DNA of 64,000 nt from Octopus vulgaris (taxonomy: Eukaryota): assembly GCA_951406725.2 (NCBI GenBank), contig OX597833.1, forward strand, positions 37,076,001 through 37,140,000, in the 5' to 3' direction. Numbering within the stretch: the first letter of the stretch is position 1; each line of letters begins with the position of its first letter. The notes under the pieces were generated by a model. The model saw nothing but the letters and a program-made list of their open reading frames with translations, had not been told where the DNA came from and did not search any database. Shown piece after piece: positions 39,833-52,100 of the stretch. A program made the translations under genes and the position numbers.

Positions 39833-42320
39833 CATGAATCCTGGCGCTGATCAGGTGTTATGACCTACAGCCACATTGTATTATTTGTTCCTTTTTTATG
39901 GGCAGAATCACCACAGCTGAAATATAGTGAACTGGATTACTGGCATAATGAAAGCTATTGTTTGTTTAAAAGTGAAGTGGGGGAGAGTACAATCTGCATG
40001 GGTTTGCATAAAAGTACTTTCTGTTCTTAAGAAGAATCGCAAACTATGTATTCTTTCATCATATAAAAGGGGTTAATATGATTTTGCCCAGAAATCATCT
40101 TTTCAAAATTTTAAATTTCCCCCATGCCCACCACAATTTCTTAATTTCTAAGTTGTTTTTCTAATTTTTTTTTTTCTTAATCCTCATAGGAAAATACAGA
40201 AATTACGAATCTGGGAAATACACATTTTTTTTTAAAGTTAAGTTTAATTTTTCTTAAAGAAATACTTAATGCTCCTTCCCCCACTTCACCCACCCATCAC
40301 CTACCTGCTTTCAAAACGCTAAAACCTCCCAATGTTTCACTTCTATCTGATGTTTCACGCATGTATAGAATTGTACTGAAATAGCAAACGTAAAAAATAC
40401 TAGACCATGCTAGTAACAACTGGCAAATGACATTATTTCTGAAGAAACTTCCCATTTTCCAAAAGGTTAAAATTTGAACATTGGGTGTTTGTAGCTCTTT
40501 GAAAGTGGTGAAAGTGGTGAGGTAACGGATGGATATTTGGGAAGGAGATTTTAGTGTTTCTTTAAGAAAAAAAGGAAGAAGAAAATTCTTAAAGATTTGT
40601 ACTCTCTGTTTTTTGTTGTTTTTTTTCTCTGTGGATTACCAAGGAAAAAAATTTGGAAAAATGTAAAAAAAATGAAGAAATTGAGGTGGGGAAATGGAGA
40701 AAACTAAAATTTTGAGAATGTGTTTTTTGGGTGAAATCCTAATCTCCTGTATCAGAAACATAGAAATCAGAAAAAATTTAGAAAAAAAATAGGGTGGGGG
40801 TACAAATGTCACCTCGGACATACTAGAAACAACAGGTAAAGGACAGGATTTCTGGGAAAACTTTCCTTTAAGTTTATATTGAAGATCAGGTTTTTAAATA
40901 CGGTCATTTCAACTGAGTTTGAGCAGTAATTTTGTGCATGCATACTGCAAGTAATAACATAATTCATACAGAAGTTTTACCTAGTGTGTGTGTATGTGCA
41001 CCAAAGCAAGTTATTTTATGGCATTCTTTCGTTTGAAACATCTAAGTTGTCAACTCAATCATATGAGATCATATGATTGTTCATTAATTTCCATAAAATT
41101 TTTTTTATTTCTTTATGCTTTGAAGAGAGCAGAAATTGAAAGAGGAGAGAAAGTGAGATGCATGTACGTATATATGAAATGAATGTGTGTGTGTGCATGT
41201 GCATGAGAGAGAGAGAGTGTGTATTGGCATGTATTTTTTTGCATGTATGTGTAAGTGGCACCCACTCACTCACTCTCTCTCTCTCCCTCTCTCATATTAT
41301 CTTTCATATGCACATACATAAATACATATGCATACATCTTTTTGTATGTATGTATGTGGGCATGTGTATGTACATGTGAGAGAGATAGAGAGAGAGAGAG
41401 AGAGTGAGTGACTGTATTTCCTCATAACATATAGAGTAATGTATGTCTTTTAATGAAATTGTTTTGGTTGTGGCTTATTTTAATACAATATTTATGTGTA
41501 CATTTTCATAAATGTTTGTCTGAGTAGAATTCTATGCATGTGTGAAACATCAGATAAAAGTGAAACATTAGAAGCAAATCGAAATATTGCCAAAAAATGA
41601 CCTCAGAATTGTGTGATCTGACCTTGTTTCCGAGATTATTTTAGTTGTGAAAAAGAGTTGCTGTGCCAAAAACATAGTTTACAGTAATCCCACATCATAT
41701 TGCAGTTCACCTATCATGCACTCAGTACATCACAGATTTTTCTGGCTAATATATGTAAATTATATCAAGGACTCTTCATTATATCCCGGTTTCTGTGGCT
41801 GATAGATATTTATAGTTTTAGATGTGAATTATTTCTGTGGGAGGTTTTGGAACGTAGCACCCACAATAGTCAAGAGATTACTCTATTTGGTAGATTTTAT
41901 ATATATATAGATAGATAATAAGCAGCTTTCTTTATTTTAGTACAGATGTGACTAATTTGGAGAAATATTACTTTCATTAGTTACATGTCATCACTCTCAT
42001 AATGCAACACTTTGTAATTTTGGTTCAAATTGAAAGTGTGAAACTATTTTTACTTTCTATTGAAACCTGGTCGTTGTAAAGCAGTGTCTTTCAAATAACT
42101 ATAGTTGGTTGTTGAGATAATGTAGAAAATATGTAAATGAAAATAAAGTTAATTTGGTGGCCAAAAGATTACTGAATCTTTTGATACCCCATATGTCAAA
42201 ATCAGTAACTCAGTTTTTGAATGCATAAAGAACATACATGCACACACACACGCTCTCTCTGTTATATATATGTGTATATATATATATAGATATATATATA
42301 TATAGATATATATAGATATA
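39833..42320 (-). mobile_element. Non-autonomous Helitron, copy 2
   Basis: Colinear with 24315-26880; 3' CTAG missing; Helitron-type 5' start TCTATATATATATAAAA on the minus strand at ~41911, another possible start near 42290-42320. Confidence 0.7.
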
Positions 42321-42843
42321 TATATATATAATGTATGTGATATTGTTTGGTATATAAAGGAAACAGTAGAATTCAAGGAAATTAGTGATGTTCTGCATTA
42401 CCAAATTGTATATACAAAAAGTGGAATAGGTTGAAATGCTTACATTTCATACCTCTCTGAAGGGCCTTCCATAAAATATTAAGGTTTCTTTTCCCCATGG
42501 GAAAATAATTCCATTTTGACAGAAATTTAGAATGCTGATTTTCATTTGTTCAAGCTTGTCTAAATTTCATTATATTTCCTACCTTCATATGTAAATAAGT
42601 GATGTGCAAAAAGATTTTTTTTTTAACCAGTTCCAGTTAGAACTACTCAATTTCATTTCCTCTATGTTAATACTTTCGTGAAGAAGGTATGTCACAATTT
42701 CACCTTCCTTTGTTTCATTCAATATCAGGTTTAAATTCTATGTAAGATAATATTTTTTCATTGGATTACTCTTGTTAAAATTCATATTATGCTATCAATA
42801 TACCAAGGAAATATTTAATAAAACATTGACTTAATAGTTATAG

Positions 42844-42885
42844 CCACATCTTTTTAAGATAATCCTTTTATTGGAAAATGCTTAT
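42844..42885 (+). CDS. Candidate 42-nt phase-0 micro-exon
   Basis: TTATAG acceptor, PHLFKIILLLENAY, GTAAGT donor; an alternative AG at 42857-42858 is also in frame. Confidence 0.35.
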
Positions 42886-44679
42886 GTAAGTTTTTTAAAA
42901 TTTTAAATAATTTTTTTAACAAATAAACTAATAAGTATAAAATTGATCCTTCACATACAATACATAAGGCAAGGATAATTTTATAAAACTTTTCTGAAAA
43001 TAAGTTATCATATTAGCATACTGTCATAGACTGAAGACCTTACAAAAACATTTAGATATATTCTTAGAGTAAATATTTTCAGAGGGATACTCCTTTACAC
43101 CATCAACAATTGAGAGTGATGATTATATGCTTGTGATTTTAAAGCATTTCTAGAGAAAGTTTTCCTAAAACATCTACTTGAATCAGAAAACTCAGAGCAA
43201 ACTTTGATACAGAATGCCTACAGTTACAATATGAGTTTAAATGTCTCTAAATTTGAAATGTATGTTGTATGAAATATTAGATAAGAACATAGAGACCCTT
43301 TACCAATAAATATGGAGTTTATATAAAATAAAAGAATAAATTGATAATGTGGAAAATCAAAAGTACTCTGGAACTAGTGTATATTTTTAGCCAAATGGAT
43401 TGAAGTAAACAATGCCTATAAGGTCATCCTTGTGTTTCACATTCACTGGTACAGTGTTGGATTAAGCATTAAATTTGCAGGAAAAGTTGTACTGTTTTAA
43501 GAAAGTTATTAGAGTCCATTCTGCTAAGCTTTTCATTATCTTATAATACAAATAAAATATACACAATGTGCATGTTATCACCAACTTTATAGAAAAGTTA
43601 AAATATTTTTAAAGTATATTTGTTCCTTTCCATTATTTTTATATTAGAAAGCTTTTGCCTATTGTCTTTGATGTCTTCCTTTCATTTCAAATTTTTGTTA
43701 AATTTTTTTTCTAAATACTTTAATACAAATAAATATTTTTTATCCTGTTAAAATTTTCAGTTTTATATGTTGGTCACAACCATCATAATGAAAATAATTG
43801 CATTGCTTGACTCATCTTTTCCTACCTACAACTTAAAATATGATAAAATCTACATCATCTCTTCAGAGGTAAATTTGGCTCTGAGTAATTTTAACCATTG
43901 CTAAACACTTAATCTTCCTATGAGTAGGAATATAGTTACATTGTGTACAACAAACCCTACTTTGACCACTTGTATTCTTCTTGACTGAATCTGAAGGGAA
44001 AACTTCAGTGACTGTCCTGATCTCCAATTTGAATTGCTTCTTTGGCCTAAGTACTACAGGTTCAGATTTGTATGTTGTAGAAAAGATTGAGTCACACTAT
44101 GTTTAATATTTTTTAGTGTATTTCAACTGATGTTTTAATGTGATAATTTTCACTATTAATAATAACTTTCAAAAACACCCTAAATAATATTTACACATTT
44201 GATACCCAATAAGTATAATTTTTCTGATATTATATCTAATTTTCCTTTGTATCCTTTATTTTTCTAATAGCACTCACTCATTCAATAGATTTAGAATAAT
44301 AACAAGCACACAAAGAGAGTGTTAAAACTTATGAAGAAATCAGGTATTTTGGTTACTTAACCTTGTAAAAGTCCTCAGTTTATTGTATACATACATATCA
44401 GGAGATTTTGTAAGTTTGCATGGCAGTGATCAGGAGTGCACAGCTAGTATGTACAAGAAAATAACTTACTGTGGGTTCAAACTTGTTATTGTATAACTTA
44501 CTATTTATTACTTTTATAGTGATACATGTATTTGTACATTTTAGTATTACTAACCTATATAAACACACAATTACTGATGTACAGAGTTGGGAAATGATAT
44601 CTGTTTTATTCCTGTTTGTTTCAACTCTGATAACATAAACAGTGATTTCAGCAAAGATAAATTGACTATTGGAAATATA

Positions 44680-45365
44680 TCAGGCTGAGTAAAAAGTAAG
44701 CAACATTTTGAAACAGGAAATTCATCACAATATATTTCAATAATGCAAAAATTTTATTCATCAAAGTAAGTACCATTACAATCAGCACATTTTTGCCAAC
44801 GAGTTACAAGTTAGTTTATTATGGCAACATAAAAATCCGGAGCTGATGAACTCTTTGAAAGCACTTTCAGCATCTGTTTGATTTTTTAACTCCTCTTGTA
44901 GGAAACCATCAAGATGCTTGGAAAAGTGGTAGTCCGTAGAAGAAAGGTCTGGGGAATAAGCTGGGTGGGGAAGAACTTCATAGCCAAGTTCCCTCAACTT
45001 CTGGAGTGTCATTAGAGAAACGTGTAGTCAAGCATTGTCATGAAGAATGACTGGCCCGCTTCTGTTGACCAGTCTGGGACGGAGTAGTAGCAGTTTTTCG
45101 TTCATTTTGGCAATTTCATGGCAATATGTTTCCACAGTAATGCTTTTCTGGGTTTTAAGAGGTTTTAGCAGATGAGTCCAACAATACACCATCAGACAGT
45201 CACCATAACCTTCTTTTTGAAAAGCTCAGATTTAGGGAAGGCTTGCGGTACTTTATTTTTGTCCAACCATTGCGCAGAATGTTTTTTTTTTTTTATTGTA
45301 CAAAATTCACTTTTTATTGCAAGTTACAATACAGTTGAGAAATGGATCGGTTTGAAGACAAAAGG
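44680..45365 (-). mobile_element. Mariner (DD34D) 3' half with TIR
   Basis: ORF 44782-45012 LPHPAYSPDLSSTDYHF; upstream LHDNA and IVTCNKK*ILYN remnants; terminal TA-TCAGGCTGAGTAAAAAGTAAGCAAC. Confidence 0.85.
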
Positions 45366-45975
45366 GAACACTTATCATGCAGTGTTAAAAAACACTATGC
45401 TGCTGTAAATTCAGATTTGTTTTCAGTTGTTGAGATCTTTAATAATAAAAGGATATTGAAAATCATATTTTGATAAAAATTAGGATTAACAGATACATAT
45501 TAGAATTAGAATTTAAAAAAAAAATTTCTAGACAGTGGAGACTTTAAAAATAACTTTCTTTTACAAACACTACATACTGTAAACTAATTGATAAGCAGTT
45601 TTCTTTATTATAGTATAGATTATGTTATATTCTGTGATAGAAGGTTGGCAATAAGACTTGAAACATCTGGAAAAGCAAATGTTATCAAAATATCTGTTTC
45701 TGCTTGAGAGACATAGATTGTGGCTTCTTAGCATAGACAGATAAATTGATAACATTAATTTTGATATATAATGTAGCAATGCATCTTCATTTGCATAAAA
45801 ACTTTGGAAGAACCCTTGATTTGATATATTTTGATCTTTACTTCAAGCTATTCGATACAGCTGTGCAGTTTTATAGTAGAAAGATAGAGTTCTTGTCTCT
45901 GAATCATTTAATCTAATGTTACCTTACAAGAGGACTTAGCACTTTCATTAAGGACTGTGTTTCAATTACATGTAT

Positions 45976-46630
45976 TATTATTATTATTATTATTCAGTAG
46001 TTTCATTTTTATTTTTATAGCGTGCTTTCACTTCACTACCGAGCGCAGCTCTGTGTGCCTTGGGTATGTGCTGTGATTTGTTGTGATGCTCTGATGGTTA
46101 TTGTATGGAAAGTGTTCTGCGTAGGATGTGGGTAGTGCCTAGTAGTGCAATTTTCTGTATGTTATATGTGTTTGTAAGTCCTGGTGTTTTTGTTATGTAT
46201 TTGTCTGAATATTTTTTTATCATGCCTAATGCACCTACTATGATAGGAATTGTTTCTGTTTTCAGATTCCACATTCTAGTTACCTCTATTTCCAGGTCTT
46301 TGTATTTTGAGAGTTTCTCCATTTCTTTTAGAGACACGTTGTCATCTGCCGGTATTGATACATCAATTAAAAAGCATTTTTTTCTTCATGATCTCTGACA
46401 AGTATATCTGGTCTGTTGGCCTTAATTTCTCTATCTGTGTGTATCGGCATATCCCAGAGTATGGTTGCTTTCTCGTTTTCTGTGACCTTTTCTGGTGTGT
46501 GCCTATACCATCTTTTTTCTGTTGTTATTCCATAATGTTGGCATAGCTTCCAATGTATGTAGGTTCCAACTCTGTCATGTCTGTGAATATATTCCTTCTT
46601 AGCCAGGACTGGGCAGCTAGAGATAATATA
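45976..46630 (-). mobile_element. Dong/R4-clade LINE 3' end (CCHC finger plus restriction-like endonuclease) within (TAA)n
   Basis: SCPVLAKKEYIHRHDRVGTYIHWKLC, RPDI, EKLSKYKDLEIEVTRMW...IPIIVGALG; (TTA)n on both sides. Confidence 0.85.
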
Positions 46631-46692
<62 letters not shown>

Positions 46693-47066
46693 GTTATTAT
46701 TGTAATATAATTAGACAAATATAGAGTAATTTTCCTTTAAGCCTATTGTTTACACATAGTTGCTAATTTAAAAAAATTAATATTACTTCTTAATTTCTAC
46801 TTGTATTATTTTGATTAAATATATTTTTTGAGTGGGTTATTCAAATTTATTTTTGAATTCTAGTCTTTTATTTGTGCAAATAATGTAATTTGAGTTAGGA
46901 TGGGAATTAGTTCTGAAACAATTAGATATAATAAGATTTTGTTAATTTAAATATTTGTAACAGCTTTGACCAGAAATTCAAATGTTTAAACCTTTCAAAC
47001 TGAATACAAATTAACCTTTCACTCGTAAATGTAAAACTTTAGTGAACTTTATATCAAATAATGAAG

Positions 47067-47795
47067 ACATCATCATCATCATCATCATCATCATCTTTAA
47101 CGTTTGTTGTCCATGCTGGCATAAGTTGGACAGTTTGACTGGGCTGGCACGCTGGAAGGCTGTACCAAACTCCAGTCTGATTTGGCATGGTTTTCTATGG
47201 CTGGATGCCCTTCCTAATGCCAATCACTCCGAGAGTGTAATGAGTACCTTTATGTGCCATTTGCATGACACCAGGCACATGCTTGTGTACCACCAACACG
47301 GGTGTCAATTTGTGTGATACCAGTATCTGCTATGACTGCAATCTTGCTCAGCTTGATGGGTCTTCTTCTCAAGCACAGTATAATTCCAAAGGTTTCAGTC
47401 AGTGCCTCCACGAGGCCCAACACTCGAAAGGAACTCAGCCATTTGGCCTCCATGAGGCCCAATGTTCAAAAGGAACTCAACTACTTTACCTTCATCAGGC
47501 CCAATGCTTGAGAGGAACTCAGCTACTTTGCCTCTGTGAGGCTCAACATTCAAAAAATGTTCTTTACATGCCACCATCACAGGTGCACTTGGCTTGACGG
47601 GTCCTATCAAGCACAGCACATCACCAAAGGTTTTGGTCACCAGTCATTGCCTCTGTAAAGCTCTAAGTTTGAAGATAATACTTCACCACCTCGTCCCATG
47701 TCTTCCTGGATCTACCTCTACCACAAGTTCCCTTCACAGTTAGAGATTAGCACTTCTTTACAAGGCTGTCCTCATCCATACACATTACATGACCG
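47067..47795 (-). mobile_element. RTE LINE 3' end with 42-bp tandem repeats in the UTR
   Basis: GRGRSRKTWDEVVK C-terminal remnant at ~47680-47725, (GAT)n tail at 47067-47095. Confidence 0.8.
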
Positions 47796-49087
47796 TAAAT
47801 AGTAAATCGTATTTAGTTTACCAGTTTCACACATTTTATGCTTTACATATTTTATGCTTTGGACTTCATAACGTATTGTTTTCCCTCTCTTGTTAAATTT
47901 CAAGCTTTTTTCTGTATGATAAACCCTTATAATTTTAAATTACTTAGAATTCTTTGTGATAATTCTTGAAAGTAAAACTAGTTATCTAACATATTTCATC
48001 TTTGCTATTATAATAAAGTTATCGTTTCAAATCCTTGAAATTCTTTCTCATTAACTCATTGTTATATTCTGTTATTATTCTACATTTTTTTATACTTACT
48101 TTATCTCCTTTATTTGCTTAATTCATAGCTGTCCTTAAATTCCTGAGACATTTTCCTCTTTAGAATGTTTTGACACACTAAAAGAAAAAGAGAAAATTAG
48201 AAGCATTGACTAGTGTTTGTTTATTTCATAGTGCTAACACATAATCTTTCGTTTTGTTTCAGTTGATTTGTTACAAATCTAGTCAATTAGTTTTAAAGAG
48301 GTGCTATTTGTGTTTTAGAAACTACTAATTAGTAATATCAATTATGTACTCCCTAATAATGTTTGTAATTAAAATTTTGACAGTAAGCATTTACTGGTTG
48401 CTGTAAGAGAGCTATTTTATACATTGATATCAGTTTTCTTGACCTCGTGATTATACATCAATTATTTGAACCTATTTATTTTAAACTAAGCTGTTATTAT
48501 TCACTATTTTATTTCTTTTTTAAAATTTTATCTCAATTTATCTTTCTATTTCATCATCGTTTAATAACTTCCATTTTGTTCTAAACCACAAATCAATCAC
48601 AAGCTGATTAAATTCCTTTTGATTTTCTGTTTATTTTTCATGGTCAATGATTTGAAGGAAATTGATTTCATTGTTTAATTTTTTTATCATAAATTTTTTT
48701 AGTGATATTTTCCTAATTATAGACCAATGGTCCTGTCATTTAAAAGTGTTTTAATGTTAATAAATACTTTAAAATTTTAGATCCGTCTTTTTTTAAAACT
48801 AAATATTAAATATTTTGTTTTTAATATTTTAAACTGATTTTCTAAAACAAAATAATATAATGCTTTGTAATATTTGTCACTTTGCAATATGTATCTTTAC
48901 ACTTAGTTTGTTATTTGAAATAAATTTAATTAGAGAATGCAATATTTTCTTCTATTCTGTGTACATTGTATTGAATGCTAGAGCTCCAAACTAAAATTTG
49001 TGTTAGTCATAGACTTTAATTTTTATGAATATGAGCATGATCTGACTAAGAGAATAAAACCTATTTATTATTAAGGAAACATTTTAG

Positions 49088-49155
49088 GATCGATTAGCTG
49101 GATGAAGAAGAGCAGCATTTGTGATCTCTTTAGTACACCTTCATCTTACTAACTG
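49088..49155 (+). pseudogene. Candidate exon with an in-frame TGA
   Basis: TTTTAG acceptor, DRLAG*RRAAFVISLVHLHLTN plus TG, GTGAGG donor; the other two frames also contain stops. Confidence 0.35.
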
Positions 49156-52100
49156 GTGAGGTTGGTACAGTAGATGTTCATTTTAAACTTCTGTAGGTTG
49201 TTGTTTGTAGGCCTAACATTTGTTCTGACTTGACTGTTTTAGTTCTTTTTGTGTTGTTCATACATAGTGAAGGTGTAGTTCAAATCTGTTTCTTGATATG
49301 GCTGATGGATGTATTTTTGTGCTTTTGAAAGAGACTAGATGGGAAGATCACTTTCAAGTCCTTGAAAACAACACAAGTCTAGTGTGGAGTATTTAGTTTG
49401 TATTAAGTTGATGCTTGTGAGCAGGAAATTAAGGACAAGTGAAGAGTGATATCATATGCATAGGATCCTGTATGGTCAGAATTAGCAGGAAGTATGTCAT
49501 AAATGTACAGACAGAGGAATGTTAAGAGAACTTTGGAGTACACAAGAGTTGATAGAATGCAAGAAATATCTTCATAATGTCTGAAATAAAGTCTTTGATC
49601 CAAGAAATACAAAGAATGGATGGAAGCTATTAGTAAGGAGATTTCTTTGTCAGACAGATAATTTATTGATGTCAAGAGTAGCAGAAACCATGCTTTTCAT
49701 AAACTTCACAAGTGTGTGATACACGTGTGGTGTGGCAAAGAGACCAATAGATCTTGCTCTATAGAACACCTTCTATTACTCACCTTAGGGCTCCATCCAC
49801 TTTCTAATTCTTGGGTCAGAAGCTTACATTTAGCAAGCAATTCAGTGTGCAATGATGGAAATTCCTCCATCTTGCATACTATCAACTCCTGTGTGCTCCA
49901 ATGTTTGATTATTTTCCTGACTTTCTATACATTAATGAAATAGTTTTCATGCATCCCCTCAATATTTCCAAACTTTCTCATATCTGACCTAACTTTCACA
50001 TGTTCACTTTCACTACATAAACTACCTTAATTACTTCTTTACACTTTGGTTTTATTTATACATGGAGTTGTTTGTTATACTACAATACCCTTCCAAAAGC
50101 TTCGTTTGAGTCTATATTTTGTGGTTTCTACCAACTAGCAGAAGTGTTCTGTCATAAATTATTTATAAATGATGATGATGATGATATTTGATGAAAAAAA
50201 TTGAAACTTAATGTACAATCAACCTGTCTGAGCAGGTTAAAAAACCTCATTCACAATGTGCACCTTACAACCATTATATTGTATTAGCAAATTTCATCCA
50301 AATTCATGTAAATAGAATTAATTGCATTTCATCACTTCTGAACATTGTGAGTTAAATCGTATAGTGGAAGTAAAGTTAATCATTGAAAACCTGAATATGA
50401 TCTAAAATGTGACTTTTCCATTATGTCTACACCTGCTAGTGTATAATATACACCTGCTAGTGTATAACCATTGTTTTATGAATGAAATAAATAACATTCT
50501 CTGTCATTGAGATATAGCTTTGTATTCAAAACTGAAAGAAATAAAAGTTACACAGTGGAAATATACACCATTATAAACATGTTTCTGAGTCCAGGTACTG
50601 TACCAAAGAATTGGGTTCCAAAGTCTTTTAGTCAAGTACTTCCAACTCAGTTTCATGGTTCATAATTATTTACATATATTTCTTTTTCAAGCTGGCCTAA
50701 TTATGATAGGTTCCACACTGTATTTTTTATCTATTTTTTCTTTAGGAAAACTTCTAACTGCAACAATTACTAAGTCAGTTATTATGACAACTTTGCATAG
50801 ATTCATTATCTAGCAATGATTAAACTTACTTTGCATGCTCATATTTAATTTTCACTACATTTCAGTGCTTTGCTTTGTCGGTCTATTCAAATTTAGCTTC
50901 TAGTTTAAAGTGAGATGACACACATTCTTTTATTTTGTATTATATTTATAGTTAAATAACCCCAATTTCTAATGGAGCATTTAATTGAATGAAACCTGTT
51001 GTGTTTGTGTGTGTGTGCGTGTGTGTTTCATGTCCACTTCTCTTAACATTGCATGCTAATTGTAAACAAACATCTCTCATACAACTTGTGTGGTTCACTT
51101 GCAGTTTTCTTTGAAATCAAGTCCAATTAATGTGCTGTCCATAGTTAAAGGACGGTGGTAAACATTACCTTGCTTGAGATTAGGTGAGAGTTGGCAACAG
51201 GAAGAACATCTGGCAGTAAAAAAAATCTGCCTCAGTGAATTTCATCTGAGCCAAGCAAGCATAGAAAAGTAGTTACTAAAATGGTGATGAGGATAAATCC
51301 ATTGTAGCCACCACTACTGGTGTCAAAATCATTTTAGTTATATAAGAATGCACAAACAAGGAATTCTGGAATCTGAAATTGTTATTTATCAGGCTAGAAC
51401 TAAATGTTGTTCTGGCCTGACAAACAACTGTTGAAACAAATAAATGTTAAAAGATAAGGTTTATCATAATTTGAAAAAAATTTCTGACAGAAGTAATATC
51501 AAAAACACATTATGGTTCCTTGGTTTTTACTTCTCTTATCCAATTTTGAAAAAAATTTATTTTTAATTCTCGAAAAAAAAAAGAAAGAAAAAAAATCAAG
51601 GACAAATATGTTGATAATTTTAAAAAGTGACTAATTTCCATATCACTTTTTCATGATATGACGAAGATATATTATGAATCATAAATTACTATTTATAGTA
51701 AAAGTTGTTGCTTTAAGTTCCGTATCATTGTCCTCTGGAGATATTTGGGATTGTGACCTAGCTGTTGTCAAGCCTACAAAATAATGAGGACGTTGAGTTG
51801 GACTAGATGATATTAATATCAAGGATAAGAATAGTTGTATAAAACTTAAAAGGAGATATTTTAAAGAGCAGACACTGTTTATTTATGAACATTCACGTTC
51901 AAATCCTATCGAAGTTGACCTTGCTTTTCATCCTTACAGGATGGTAAAATAGGTACCAAAATTTCTTGGTTTGTGCTCTTTTAAAAAATCATTTTTAGAC
52001 TTTACTAAAATAAAAAATTTATTTTTAGATGTTGTTATGAACTTTTTAAAATGGTATATAACATTTGTGCAGTTAATGAAAAGGTTATTTTAAAGAAACA

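Noticed and set aside
44840-44875. CTGATGA...GAAA hammerhead-like string
   Set aside because: Antisense of mariner coding sequence; stem II does not pair.
47403-47556. Regularly spaced repeats resembling a CRISPR array
   Set aside because: Contiguous tandem units with no unique spacers, inside a eukaryotic LINE, and no cas genes.
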